Positions 7,272 through 15,766 of a stretch of 16,630 nt of DNA are shown here, piece after piece. The notes under the pieces were generated by a model. It did no database searches, was not told the DNA's origin, and was given only the letters and a program-made list of their open reading frames with translations. The DNA lies in contig CAZMIT010000031.1 in NCBI GenBank assembly GCA_964566495.1, forward strand, positions 1 to 16,630, given 5' to 3'. The position numbers and the translations under genes are program-made. Numbering within the stretch: position 1 is the first letter of the stretch; the number at the start of each line of letters is the position of its first letter. The stretch is from an uncultured bacterium (GTDB lineage: Bacteria; T1Sed10-126).

Positions 7272-8555
7272 TTAGCCCGAGTTAACCATTTCCAGGAATT
7301 TTTCGTTATTTTCGCTCTCATACATCTTCTCCAGCACCATCTCCATGCTGTCCGCCGGCGGTAGTTGACTCAAGGCCTTGCGTAGAGCGTAGACTTTTCG
7401 CAACTCATCCTCTTCCAGCAACAGCTCTTCTTTCCGCGTCCCCGAGCGATTGAGGTCAATCGCCGGATAAATCCGCTTGTTAGCCAGCTCGCGGATGAGG
7501 TTAATCTCCATGTTACCGGTGCCCTTAAACTCTTCAAAAATGACGTCGTCCATGCGACTGCCGGTTTCAATCAGGGCCGTCGATAAAATCGTCAGACTGC
7601 CCCCCTCCTCTATGTTCCGGGCGGCCCCGAAGAATCGTTTTGGCTTATGCAGGGCGTTAGAGTCCACACCACCGGAGAGGACTTTACCACTGGTCGGCAC
7701 CGTGAGGTTGTAGGCCCGGGCCAAGCGGGTAATGCTGTCGAGAAAAATCACGACGTCCTGCTGGTATTCAACCAGCCGTTTAGCCTTCTCTATCACCATC
7801 TCAGCGACCCTGGTGTGACGTTCCGCCTGTTCATCAAAGGTCGAAGAGATTACCTCGGCGGCGCCGACGTTACGCTCCATATCGGTAACTTCCTCGGGTC
7901 GTTCATCAATCAGTAGAATAATTATATAGCACTCGGGATGATTGGCGTGGATGCTGTTGGCGGCTTTCTGCAGCAGTATAGTTTTACCGGTTCGTGGTGG
8001 CGAGACAATAAGTCCACGCTGCCCCTTCCCGACCGGAGTAAAAAGGTCAATAATTCGCGTTGACACCTCTTCCTTGGTGGTTTCCAGCTGAAGTCTTTGC
8101 TCCGGATAAAGGGGGGTTAACTTGTCGAAATCGGTCCGCTGTGAAGCAAGCTCGGGGTCACGACCGTTAACAGCTTCTACGCGCAAGAGGGCATAGAACC
8201 GTTCACTTTTTTTAGGCGGTCTGATCTGGCCGACAACGGTATCTCCCATTCGCAATGAGAATCTTTTCACCTGTGAGGGAGAAATATAGATGTCGTCCTC
8301 GCCGGGAACATAGCTTTGTGCTTCACGCCGTAAAAAACCGAACCCGTCGGGCAGTATTTCAAGTACCCCCTTTCCAAAACGATTGCCGTTGTCGTGAGCC
8401 TTGGCCCGCAATACCTCATACACCACTTCCTTACGATCACGCGTCTCAATCTCCTCAACACCGACACTTTCGGCCAGGGAATTGAGATCCTCGGGCTCCA
8501 TGTCGTTTAACTTTTCAATGCTAATCTTCTGCAGATTAATCGATTCTCCTGACAT
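7272..8555 (-). CDS. rho: Transcription termination factor Rho
   Basis: [73 protein letters not shown]. Start placed at ATG 8555 because the SD AGGAG (8571-8567) overlaps the GTG at 8567. Confidence 0.99.
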   Translation of the reverse strand: MSGESINLQKISIEKLNDMEPEDLNSLAESVGVEEIETRDRKEVVYEVLRAKAHDNGNRFGKGVLEILPDGFGFLRREAQSYVPGEDDIYISPSQVKRFSLRMGDTVVGQIRPPKKSERFYALLRVEAVNGRDPELASQRTDFDKLTPLYPEQRLQLETTKEEVSTRIIDLFTPVGKGQRGLIVSPPRTGKTILLQKAANSIHANHPECYIIILLIDERPEEVTDMERNVGAAEVISSTFDEQAERHTRVAEMVIEKAKRLVEYQQDVVIFLDSITRLARAYNLTVPTSGKVLSGGVDSNALHKPKRFFGAARNIEEGGSLTILSTALIETGSRMDDVIFEEFKGTGNMEINLIRELANKRIYPAIDLNRSGTRKEELLLEEDELRKVYALRKALSQLPPADSMEMVLEKMYESENNEKFLEMVNSG

Positions 8556-8587
8556 ATTTATAGCCACTCCTTTTTAACATAGGTAAA

Positions 8588-9307
8588 TTATTGTTTCATA
8601 AAGTTCTTAATTTCACTCCACTGTTGACAACTACCCGGCACATGCAAAGAGTGCAGCTTAAATATAGCGCTTGAATGCTGGCGGTTAAGCCGGGAACTTA
8701 ATTCACTATCCATCTTCGCATCATACGATCGGGCAATAAAAAGAACCAGCAGCAACTGTTCGGAAACTTTACAGATTTTATCGCCTAATCCGGTGGCATG
8801 TTTTAAGGTGCGAGTTACGCGGCGCCAGGGAAGTTTTTCTGACAATTCCAACCGCAGCAGCCAAAACGGTAGCCCCTGTTGCTGCCAACGACTGAATTCA
8901 GTTTTAACTTCGGTCTCAAAGGACGAGGGAAAAAGCAGGTTGAGATCTTTTTCCTGCCGCCCCTGAACCGTCCTGTCGGTAAGATACAATAGCATTTCCA
9001 ATTCCTGGACCAGGGCTTTTCTAACACTTTTGGAAATACCGTTGATCTTTAGACCCACCTTTCCTCCCTGGGGCACAGCTATAGAAATTTCGGGAGTGCT
9101 CTCGTCAACCGGATTTTCGCTGCGTAGCCGGAAAGGGGTCTGCCTACCACTCCAGCGGATATCGTAGCTGGCACCGTTCTGACGCAACCGGGAGGCGAGC
9201 TTAAGTAAAATTTCCTCTATCTCCTCAAAATTTTCCAATTCCAACGTGTCCCAGCCAAAAAAACTAAATTCTTCAATCTGTCGATTACGTTCGCTGAGTT
9301 CAGTCAT
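8588..9307 (-). CDS. Hypothetical protein, probable degenerate GGDEF-like C-terminal domain
   Basis: 239-aa ORF coupled to the upstream gene by an ATGACTGA overlap. NLLFPSSFETEVKTEFSRWQQQGLPFWLLRLEL and GDKICKVSEQLLLVLF follow the GGDEF domain pattern without the catalytic motif. The ORF is well supported; the domain call is by eye. Confidence 0.6.
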   Translation of the reverse strand: MTELSERNRQIEEFSFFGWDTLELENFEEIEEILLKLASRLRQNGASYDIRWSGRQTPFRLRSENPVDESTPEISIAVPQGGKVGLKINGISKSVRKALVQELEMLLYLTDRTVQGRQEKDLNLLFPSSFETEVKTEFSRWQQQGLPFWLLRLELSEKLPWRRVTRTLKHATGLGDKICKVSEQLLLVLFIARSYDAKMDSELSSRLNRQHSSAIFKLHSLHVPGSCQQWSEIKNFMKQ

Positions 9308-9893
9308 TGTATTTTTTGACCCGACTTTTCAACTCGTGAGTATTTTTGATTTCTTCTCCTAAAACCCAGTTACGCGTTCCCCTGATTTCCAAATCCCGAC
9401 CGATTTTTTTAATAATTTGTTTCAATTCAGACCTCTCGTCGAAAGGAATTATAGCCGCAATGTTCCCCCCCACAAAACCAACCCGGGCTGTCTCACCGAG
9501 CCGTCCAACCAGCTCGGCCAACTGATCGCGCCGCGGTTTTATGAATAGCAGTAGTGCAAATTTAAACTCAGAACTGTCGTGGACAGCGAATTCTTGCGGA
9601 CAGATCTTTGTGAGCCAGTATTGGGAGCTGTAAATCAAGGGATTAAGGGAATAATAATCCTTCGCTTTCCGATTTTCGCGGGCAGCTAAAATTATCTTTT
9701 CAGTATTAATTAAATACCGCAAAAACCGGGCGACGTCAGCCATTTCTTCAGCACCGGTGAATTCAAAAAATTCCCACCTGTCCTGTGGTTTAAAGGCTAA
9801 AAACTGCTGTGAATCGTTTTCCAGACAGACCAGCGACGACTGACAGGACTGTAGCGTGTGACGCAGGGCCTCGACCTCCTGGTTTTCCTCCAT
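9300..9893 (-). CDS. Hypothetical protein, possible degenerate GGDEF-like domain (true start may be near 9992)
   Basis: DYYSLNPLIYSSQYW...QEF...FALLLF...ETARVGFVGGNIAAIIP parallels DxLTGLYNRRY...E...LSLL...RxxDxxGRxGGDEFxxLLP. The frame stays open upstream to the previous gene. Confidence 0.55.
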   Translation of the reverse strand: MEENQEVEALRHTLQSCQSSLVCLENDSQQFLAFKPQDRWEFFEFTGAEEMADVARFLRYLINTEKIILAARENRKAKDYYSLNPLIYSSQYWLTKICPQEFAVHDSSEFKFALLLFIKPRRDQLAELVGRLGETARVGFVGGNIAAIIPFDERSELKQIIKKIGRDLEIRGTRNWVLGEEIKNTHELKSRVKKYND

Positions 9894-9993
9894 TTTTGTA
9901 AGCGGTAGGTATTTTTCCAGCCAGTCGAAATTAATACTGCCGGCGGCTTTTACTTCCAGTAACCACTCGTGCCAGGCGGGAATATTCTCGATG

Positions 9994-10725
9994 TCAACTC
10001 TCCTCCCTGTCTTTGTTAAGACGATAATTGTAGGTCTGTCGGGGCAAACCGACCATGCGCGCCGCTTCTTTCATTGTTTCCGCATTCTGTTGTGCTTTAT
10101 GAAGCAAGTTAGATTCAATTTCATCTAACAATCTCCTCAAATCAAAACTACCGGCGTCAGTGATCGAATTGAAAGCCTGATGCAAAGATAGAACGGCAGC
10201 GGGCATGAAAATATTTACTGAGTATTTCCCCTCTTCAAATTCAACCGTCTCCCAGTCCGGTTCGACCGCCTCTATATTTTCCGTTTTAAAAGCTTTATTT
10301 TCAAAAATCACCTGCCCATTTTCCTCCAACTTAACTGGAAATGGAAAACCGGCGAGCAACTTTTCAAAAACAGCTCGCTGAGCCGTTTGATCTAAAAATT
10401 CACCGGCCTGGGTTTCAGCCTGCAAAATTCCCGGCGTAATCACCCGTTGAAGCTCACCGGCCAGGTTAATTATTGGTATGCCGTTAATTTCACCCCGTTC
10501 CAGTCTGGAACGCAACCTGTCCAGGGCCCTTTTATTGGCCGGTTTAAGAAGATCGTCAATAAGTTGAACTACGTCACGGGAGAACTGATCTGTCTTCCTG
10601 AGCCGGCCAACCAGGTCGTCTTTCAATATACTCCCCCGGACCTGCCCCTCGTCAACTACGGGCAGCTCATTTATCCGGTGCTTGAAAAACAGTCCCATAA
10701 GCTCGTCCGGGCTATTAATTTGCAT
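9994..10725 (-). CDS. CBS-pair protein with PAS-like stub and C-terminal Fis-type HTH (putative transcriptional regulator)
   Basis: CBS1 ELMGLFFKHRINELPVVDEGQVRGSILKDDL; CBS2 INGIPIINLAGELQRVIT; PAS-start-like FEKLLAGFPFPV...NGQVIFENKAF; HTH_8-like LDEIESNLLHKA...KEAARMVGLPRQTYNYRLNK. Confidence 0.8.
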   Translation of the reverse strand: MQINSPDELMGLFFKHRINELPVVDEGQVRGSILKDDLVGRLRKTDQFSRDVVQLIDDLLKPANKRALDRLRSRLERGEINGIPIINLAGELQRVITPGILQAETQAGEFLDQTAQRAVFEKLLAGFPFPVKLEENGQVIFENKAFKTENIEAVEPDWETVEFEEGKYSVNIFMPAAVLSLHQAFNSITDAGSFDLRRLLDEIESNLLHKAQQNAETMKEAARMVGLPRQTYNYRLNKDREES

Positions 10726-10813
10726 AGGCGTCAGTTGGATTTCCCTCGTCCGAAGAGAAGAATAAATTAACCCTGAAACAACAGTAATGGCAGGAATGTC
10801 TAAGAGCTAACTT

Positions 10814-10842
10814 AATATACTGATAAAAACCGCTGTTGTCAA
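10814..10842 (-). promoter_or_regulatory. Near-consensus sigma70 promoter for the CBS-HTH to rho unit
   Basis: Minus strand TTGACA (10842-10837), 17-nt spacer, TATATT (10819-10814), in the intergenic gap and pointing into the unit. Confidence 0.8.
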
Positions 10843-10853
10843 GTAAAAACTTG

Positions 10854-12548
10854 TCATTCAAGAGAATTTAAACCCTGTTCAACTCCTTTGCGTGTCTCAG
10901 TTATCAACTTTTTCCACCGCTCGTGCTGGCGCTGAAAAATTTTTAGCTTGTTCCCGGGGCTTATCTCCTGCAGCTCCCGTGTTAAGCGATCCACTTCCCA
11001 GTGAAAGTAGCGCACCACCTCGTCGAAAGCAGCCATAAGACGTGTAAACTGCAGCCAACGATTGACAAACATCTCCTCGTTTCGCTTTTGAAAGACGGAA
11101 AGCGGTTTAAGATCCGCTTCAAGCTGGCGCAGATCCTGGTTAAATTTTTTCAACCGGCGACGCAGACCGGAAACATCCGTTTTTGAACTATAGGACTTAA
11201 CTTCAAGTTCAAACTCTGATTGTTCTTCGAGATTGGACAGGGGTGGAAAAGGATGAGTGTTCTCCACCGGTAAAACTGATTTTTTGTCACGATAAAATTT
11301 TGTATCCATTTCACCGATAAGATAATTGAAAAAGCGCCGCCACCTGTGAAACGGGACCGAAGTCAATAAATTTTCACCCTCGACCTCAATAGTAAGAGTC
11401 TCTTTTTCAACAATTTTCTCCAGGTTTTGCCCGGCCAGCGTTTTGAACCGGTCGAGTTTAGACAGATATTTGTTGTAGACGGGGCTGAGACGGCTAACAG
11501 CGAGGGCGTTGGGATAGCTGAGGTCAACCCCAATCATAAAACATTCCGCCGGCGCAAGCAACCTCACGAGGTCAATAGCAGTGACAGCAACCGTGCCGGA
11601 GACAGCAAGGAAACCGGGCGAATCCAGCTCCGGTTTCAGCCAGGTGGCGGGGGGAAAATTCGGTTCAAACAGATAATTTTCTGCCGCTCTATCCAATACG
11701 TCGGGACGCATGTAGGCGGGAGCGACAAGCGCTGTAGAGTCAGGTATTTCCCGCAGGTATTTAAGGTTGCTCTCCCCGACGTCAACACTGACCACAAAAT
11801 CAGGTTCAACACCAATTTTAATCAGAGTGGGCAAAGCAGTATCCAGTGCAATTATCGGTGCGTTCTCCAGCTTTTCAACGTAGGACAACCGTTTTTCGAG
11901 TGTGGGGCCCGGCCCAATGAGCAGGGCCCTCTGCCCGCTAAGCGACTCTTCCAGGGCTCTGAGGTTATTTTCACTCAAATAACGGGGCAGGTTAGCGGAA
12001 AAATTAAGATGCCAGTCGGCAAGAAATTTGTCCATTGTATCAATATTACTACGCGATATTTGCTTAAATTTTTCAAAATTGTTTAGTCCCTGACTGAACT
12101 GTTCTTCTCGACCAGGTGCCGGCTTAACAGTGCAGACTTCGGAGCTGGCAGCCAATCCAAACAGGCACTCAACCTCGTCGCCTAATTGATCAACACGATC
12201 ACCAAGCACGACAAAAACAGTACGACCGCGCAGGAGAGAAAGCAGATCAAAATTTTCCAGGAAATCTTTAAAATGAGCCAGACTTGGTTCCGCTAAGACA
12301 ACGGAGCTCATACGCGAACGGGGATCATCGACCTGCATCAAGGGGAAATTTTCAACACCACATAGAACCAGCAGTGGTGCCTGCAAAGCGTCAGCACTGG
12401 CGGCTGACTCCGGCTTTCTATAGCCGGTCCCTGGATCCTGAGCTGAAACCTGACGCATAGTTTTTAATTCTTTTCCCTTGACTCCCGCTTCTTTGAGTTT
12501 TTGCGCCAGCTCCTCGCCTGGTTTAAGCTGCTGATTTAGATTAGCCAT
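10854..12548 (-). CDS. Motility-associated factor (Maf)/DUF115-family putative flagellin glycosyltransferase
   Basis: ALLIGPGPTL, IIALDTAL..L...GVEPDFVVSVD, SGTVA and IGVDLSY motifs of the DUF115 domain; helical C-terminus; about 3 kb from a flagellin gene. Confidence 0.82.
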   Translation of the reverse strand: MANLNQQLKPGEELAQKLKEAGVKGKELKTMRQVSAQDPGTGYRKPESAASADALQAPLLVLCGVENFPLMQVDDPRSRMSSVVLAEPSLAHFKDFLENFDLLSLLRGRTVFVVLGDRVDQLGDEVECLFGLAASSEVCTVKPAPGREEQFSQGLNNFEKFKQISRSNIDTMDKFLADWHLNFSANLPRYLSENNLRALEESLSGQRALLIGPGPTLEKRLSYVEKLENAPIIALDTALPTLIKIGVEPDFVVSVDVGESNLKYLREIPDSTALVAPAYMRPDVLDRAAENYLFEPNFPPATWLKPELDSPGFLAVSGTVAVTAIDLVRLLAPAECFMIGVDLSYPNALAVSRLSPVYNKYLSKLDRFKTLAGQNLEKIVEKETLTIEVEGENLLTSVPFHRWRRFFNYLIGEMDTKFYRDKKSVLPVENTHPFPPLSNLEEQSEFELEVKSYSSKTDVSGLRRRLKKFNQDLRQLEADLKPLSVFQKRNEEMFVNRWLQFTRLMAAFDEVVRYFHWEVDRLTRELQEISPGNKLKIFQRQHERWKKLITETRKGVEQGLNSLE

Positions 12549-14037
12549 TCCCGTAACTCCACTCCAGTTCGTAATTTTCTGCCAGAAAAGATAGGTTCTG
12601 GGGCAACACTTGATTGATTGAGGGAAGAGATATATCAGGCCTCTCCCCCGGCCAGTAAAGCTCGTATAAATCCGCCAGGTGCTCTACAGGGGACTCCCCC
12701 AGCCCCTTCCACCCCTTGCAGCGGGCAATTTGCTCCAGCAGGGAGTAAAGACAAATCTTTTTGAGCCAGCCCTGGATTTTTTTATTGCCAGGATTTTTTC
12801 GGTCAACCGGCATGTGACGAAACCAGAAGCTTCTCCCCCCTACTCCGCGGAACAAATCAACGCCGCCGCCGGGCTGCGGCAGCTTACTACGCCCCAGTTG
12901 CGCCAGGGCTGTTTGGACAACTAATTCAACCGGCAAATTTCCCACACTTTTTTCAGTCGACTGTAGAGTTAAGCTACGTTCCGTCCATGGCCCGACCCAG
13001 ATATCTCCGGCTAAAACCAGGCAGCGGTTGCCCCGGACGGATATCAGGTGCTGGGGCCCCGAATCCGTAGTGACAGTAAGGTCAGCTCGGTCGGAAAGGT
13101 GTAGGTCAGCTAACAGGCTATCATTCATTTTATACCAGCTAATCAAGCGACTATCCTCTATTTGCCCCTCTATTTTTTCAAGACGCTCGAAATCACTCGG
13201 GCCACCGATCAAACCGACCTCACAGCCTGCTTCCAGCAGTCCTTCAACGACCGGCGTGCAGTGGTCGGCCGGCCAGACTCGCCCTTCCATACGTGAACCT
13301 GTATTTATTAAGACGTGCGGTCTATTCGGCTGATGTTTACTGGCAAAAATTTCTTCAACATAATTTTCCGTCGACTCGTCGCAACGACGATAGAACTGCA
13401 GCTCATCGGGAACAGCGTCAGCGTATAGACAGGTGGCCCCCAGCGTATGGACAGGTGGAGGCTGGTCCAGGTAGCGGGCGAATTGATGTGGACTGCCGGT
13501 TATAACCGGCTGCAGATTATCATCTATAAAACAACCAGAGTAACTGCCGGGCTCAAGCAAATTACCAATTACAGCGGCGAGGGGCGAGCTGTGCAGGTTG
13601 AGCAGAAAATCAAAACGCTGCTGTTTCAACTGATGAAGCCAGTCCCGCAACTCAGAAATAAATTCATTTTTCTCGCCCGATTTCAGCAATTGAATCCAAT
13701 CTTTGGCGGGCAGGGTCCAGAGCCGGTCTATAGCCGGGTGATCTAAAACGCCAACGGTCGATTCAGCCTCAGTTAAAAAGTGCAGTTCAGCCCCCGGAAA
13801 ACGCTCCTTCAGAGCAAAAAGGGCCGGAATTGTGCAGGTGACGTCACCAATAGAGCTGAGCTGGACAACAAGCATATTTTTTACTTTGTCCGGAGCCGGC
13901 GCCGGACAAAATTTAAAACGTGGATAGTTATCCCACTGGCGAACCAGGAGGTGGTATTGAAACAGTGAATAGAGGTCAGTCCGGCCCAGTGGTTTTTCCT
14001 GCTGTCGCAGCCGACGAAGAAAGCTTTCTTCTCTCAC
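12541..14037 (-). CDS. Glycosyltransferase family 9 (heptosyltransferase-like) with N- and C-terminal extensions
   Basis: LVVQLSSIGDVTCTIPALFALKERFPGA, FDFLLNL and TTDSGPQHL motifs. GTG start overlaps the argS stop (GTGA). Confidence 0.88.
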   Translation of the reverse strand: MREESFLRRLRQQEKPLGRTDLYSLFQYHLLVRQWDNYPRFKFCPAPAPDKVKNMLVVQLSSIGDVTCTIPALFALKERFPGAELHFLTEAESTVGVLDHPAIDRLWTLPAKDWIQLLKSGEKNEFISELRDWLHQLKQQRFDFLLNLHSSPLAAVIGNLLEPGSYSGCFIDDNLQPVITGSPHQFARYLDQPPPVHTLGATCLYADAVPDELQFYRRCDESTENYVEEIFASKHQPNRPHVLINTGSRMEGRVWPADHCTPVVEGLLEAGCEVGLIGGPSDFERLEKIEGQIEDSRLISWYKMNDSLLADLHLSDRADLTVTTDSGPQHLISVRGNRCLVLAGDIWVGPWTERSLTLQSTEKSVGNLPVELVVQTALAQLGRSKLPQPGGGVDLFRGVGGRSFWFRHMPVDRKNPGNKKIQGWLKKICLYSLLEQIARCKGWKGLGESPVEHLADLYELYWPGERPDISLPSINQVLPQNLSFLAENYELEWSYGNG

Positions 14038-15641
14038 ATGCGCTCCGGCGCCTTTACGTCGAGCAGTTCAAGCCCGGTCTTAAAGATTACCTTGAGAAAT
14101 TTGACCAGCTCCAGCCGGCGGGCGCTAATCGCCGGCTCCGCGGGGTCAATAACCCGGTGGGCCGTGTAATATGTATGAAAATCTCGGGCCAGCTCCCGCA
14201 GCCAGAAGGTTATGCGGTGCGGTTCACGGCCGTGCAGGGTCTGGTTAAGGAAGGGGACAAACCCGAGAGCTCTAAAGACCAGGTTGTGGCCGGCCTCGGA
14301 GAGACTATCCTTCGGTTCAACGTCGTCAAACTGCCGGCCGGCTTTTCGCAGAATTCCGGCCAGCCGGGTGTGGGCGTATTGAACGTAATAGACGGGATTG
14401 TCCTCGCTCTGCGAAGTGGCGACCTCAATATCAAAATCAAGCGGGCTGTTATGATTTTTGGTTAAAAAGTTAAAGCGAACGGCGTCCACCCCGACTTCAT
14501 CGATCAGCTCGTCCAGGGTAACAAATTCACCCTGACGGGTAGACATCTGGAGTGGCTCCCCATCCCGATAAAGGTCGACGAGCTGGTAAAGCTCAATCTC
14601 CAGCCGCTCAGCATCGCAGCCCAGCGCCTGCAATCCCGAGCGCAGACGCTGCTGATACCCGTGGTGGTCGTGCCCCCAGATATCTATAAAGTGGTCCGCG
14701 CCTCGCTTATATTTATCCAGGTGATAGACCAGATCATTAGCAAAGTATGTCGGCTCACCGCTGCTGCGTATGAGCACGCGGTCCTTATCGTCGCCCAGCT
14801 TCGAAGTGGACAAGTAAGTGGCGCCGTCTTCCTGGCGAACCAACCCCTCCTCTTCCAGACGCTTGACCAGCCCGGCAACCGCCTCTGGAGGTGCCACTTC
14901 CGACTCGTATACACGGTTGTCAAAATTTATCCGGAACCGTTCAAGCGTCGAAAAAATCCAGTCGAGGATTTCCTCTTTACCTCGGCGGGCAACTGTTTCG
15001 ATGGAGTCGCCGACGCTAATATCAGAATCATCAACTATCTCTTTTAAATAGCTGCCCCGGTAATGGTCCTCGGATAATTCCACAGCTTCGCCTTCCGCCT
15101 GCCGGGCCCGCAACAGCATACTTTCTGCGAGACGCTCAACCTGGGAACCACCGTCATTGACATAATATTCACGTTCAACCTGGTAGCCAAAGACTTCAAA
15201 CAAGCGGGCCAGAACGTCGCCATAGACAGCTCCACGGCCGTGACCGACGTGCAGCGGTCCGGTCGGATTGGCGCTGACAAACTCTATCAGCACCCGTTTA
15301 TTTGAACCAGGTTCAGGAAATTCTACCGTTTGTTGTTCGATAATCTCCTCAACGCTTTTTAAGAGAAAAGAATCAGTGAAGGTACAATTAACAAAACCGG
15401 GACCGGCTATTTCAACTGATTTGAGCTCAGGACATTCTTTTAGCAACGCAGCCAGTTCGGTGGCTATTTCCCGGGGTGAGCGCTGGAGAGCGCCGGCGAC
15501 TCGCATTGGTAAGGCAACGGCCAGATCCCCGGTTTCTGTTTCGGGTGGCGGTTCTATACCGGCGGGAATTTGCTCAATTTCTGGATATTGATTTTTGAAA
15601 TTATTAACAACGGTTTTAATAATTTGAGTCGGATATTGCAA
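14034..15641 (-). CDS. argS: Arginine--tRNA ligase
   Basis: IAGPGFVN, EFVSANPTGPLHVGHGRGA (HIGH motif), MSTRQG, NPVYYVQYAHTR, C-terminal APERM. TTG start with SD AGGAG 8 nt upstream. Confidence 0.99.
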   Translation of the reverse strand: MQYPTQIIKTVVNNFKNQYPEIEQIPAGIEPPPETETGDLAVALPMRVAGALQRSPREIATELAALLKECPELKSVEIAGPGFVNCTFTDSFLLKSVEEIIEQQTVEFPEPGSNKRVLIEFVSANPTGPLHVGHGRGAVYGDVLARLFEVFGYQVEREYYVNDGGSQVERLAESMLLRARQAEGEAVELSEDHYRGSYLKEIVDDSDISVGDSIETVARRGKEEILDWIFSTLERFRINFDNRVYESEVAPPEAVAGLVKRLEEEGLVRQEDGATYLSTSKLGDDKDRVLIRSSGEPTYFANDLVYHLDKYKRGADHFIDIWGHDHHGYQQRLRSGLQALGCDAERLEIELYQLVDLYRDGEPLQMSTRQGEFVTLDELIDEVGVDAVRFNFLTKNHNSPLDFDIEVATSQSEDNPVYYVQYAHTRLAGILRKAGRQFDDVEPKDSLSEAGHNLVFRALGFVPFLNQTLHGREPHRITFWLRELARDFHTYYTAHRVIDPAEPAISARRLELVKFLKVIFKTGLELLDVKAPERM

Positions 15642-15660
15642 ACTAAAGGCTCCTTCTGTG

Positions 15661-15695
15661 TCAGTATTCGGTGATCGGTAATCGGTGGTCTGTAA
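15661..15695. repeat. Five tandem degenerate heptamers
   Basis: TCAGTAT TCGGTGA TCGGTAA TCGGTGG TCTGTAA. Confidence 0.65.
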
Positions 15696-15723
15696 GTATA
15701 GCGAAAAGGCGAAAATAAGGAAA
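15695..15723 (-). promoter_or_regulatory. Possible argS promoter
   Basis: TATACT -10 box at 15700-15695; only a weak -35 (TTTCCT) at 17-nt spacing. Confidence 0.3.
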
Positions 15724-15766
15724 GAAATACGGCCGGTGGCGAACCTCTCGCCGGTGAAAATTCTTT

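Noticed and set aside
8023..8030. KOPS-like GGGAAGGG on the minus strand pointing toward dif
   Set aside because: A single octamer inside conserved rho codons (GKG) is uninformative, and the KOPS motif of this taxon is unknown.
10726..10770. Alternative upstream start for the CBS-HTH gene
   Set aside because: The frame is open upstream and the ATG lacks a well-spaced SD, but no single alternative start stands out, so the ATG at 10725 was kept.
11427..12086. 219-aa plus-strand ORF
   Set aside because: Fully antisense to the well-supported Maf/DUF115 gene and has no recognisable motif.
13920..14465. 181-aa plus-strand ORF, and the other short nested or antisense ORFs in the track
   Set aside because: Shadow ORFs of argS, GT9, rho, flagellin and other genes, with no independent support.
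15733..15754. Intrinsic terminator after flagellin
   Set aside because: Only a short GGCGA/TCGCC stem with a poorly placed U-tract; too weak to call.
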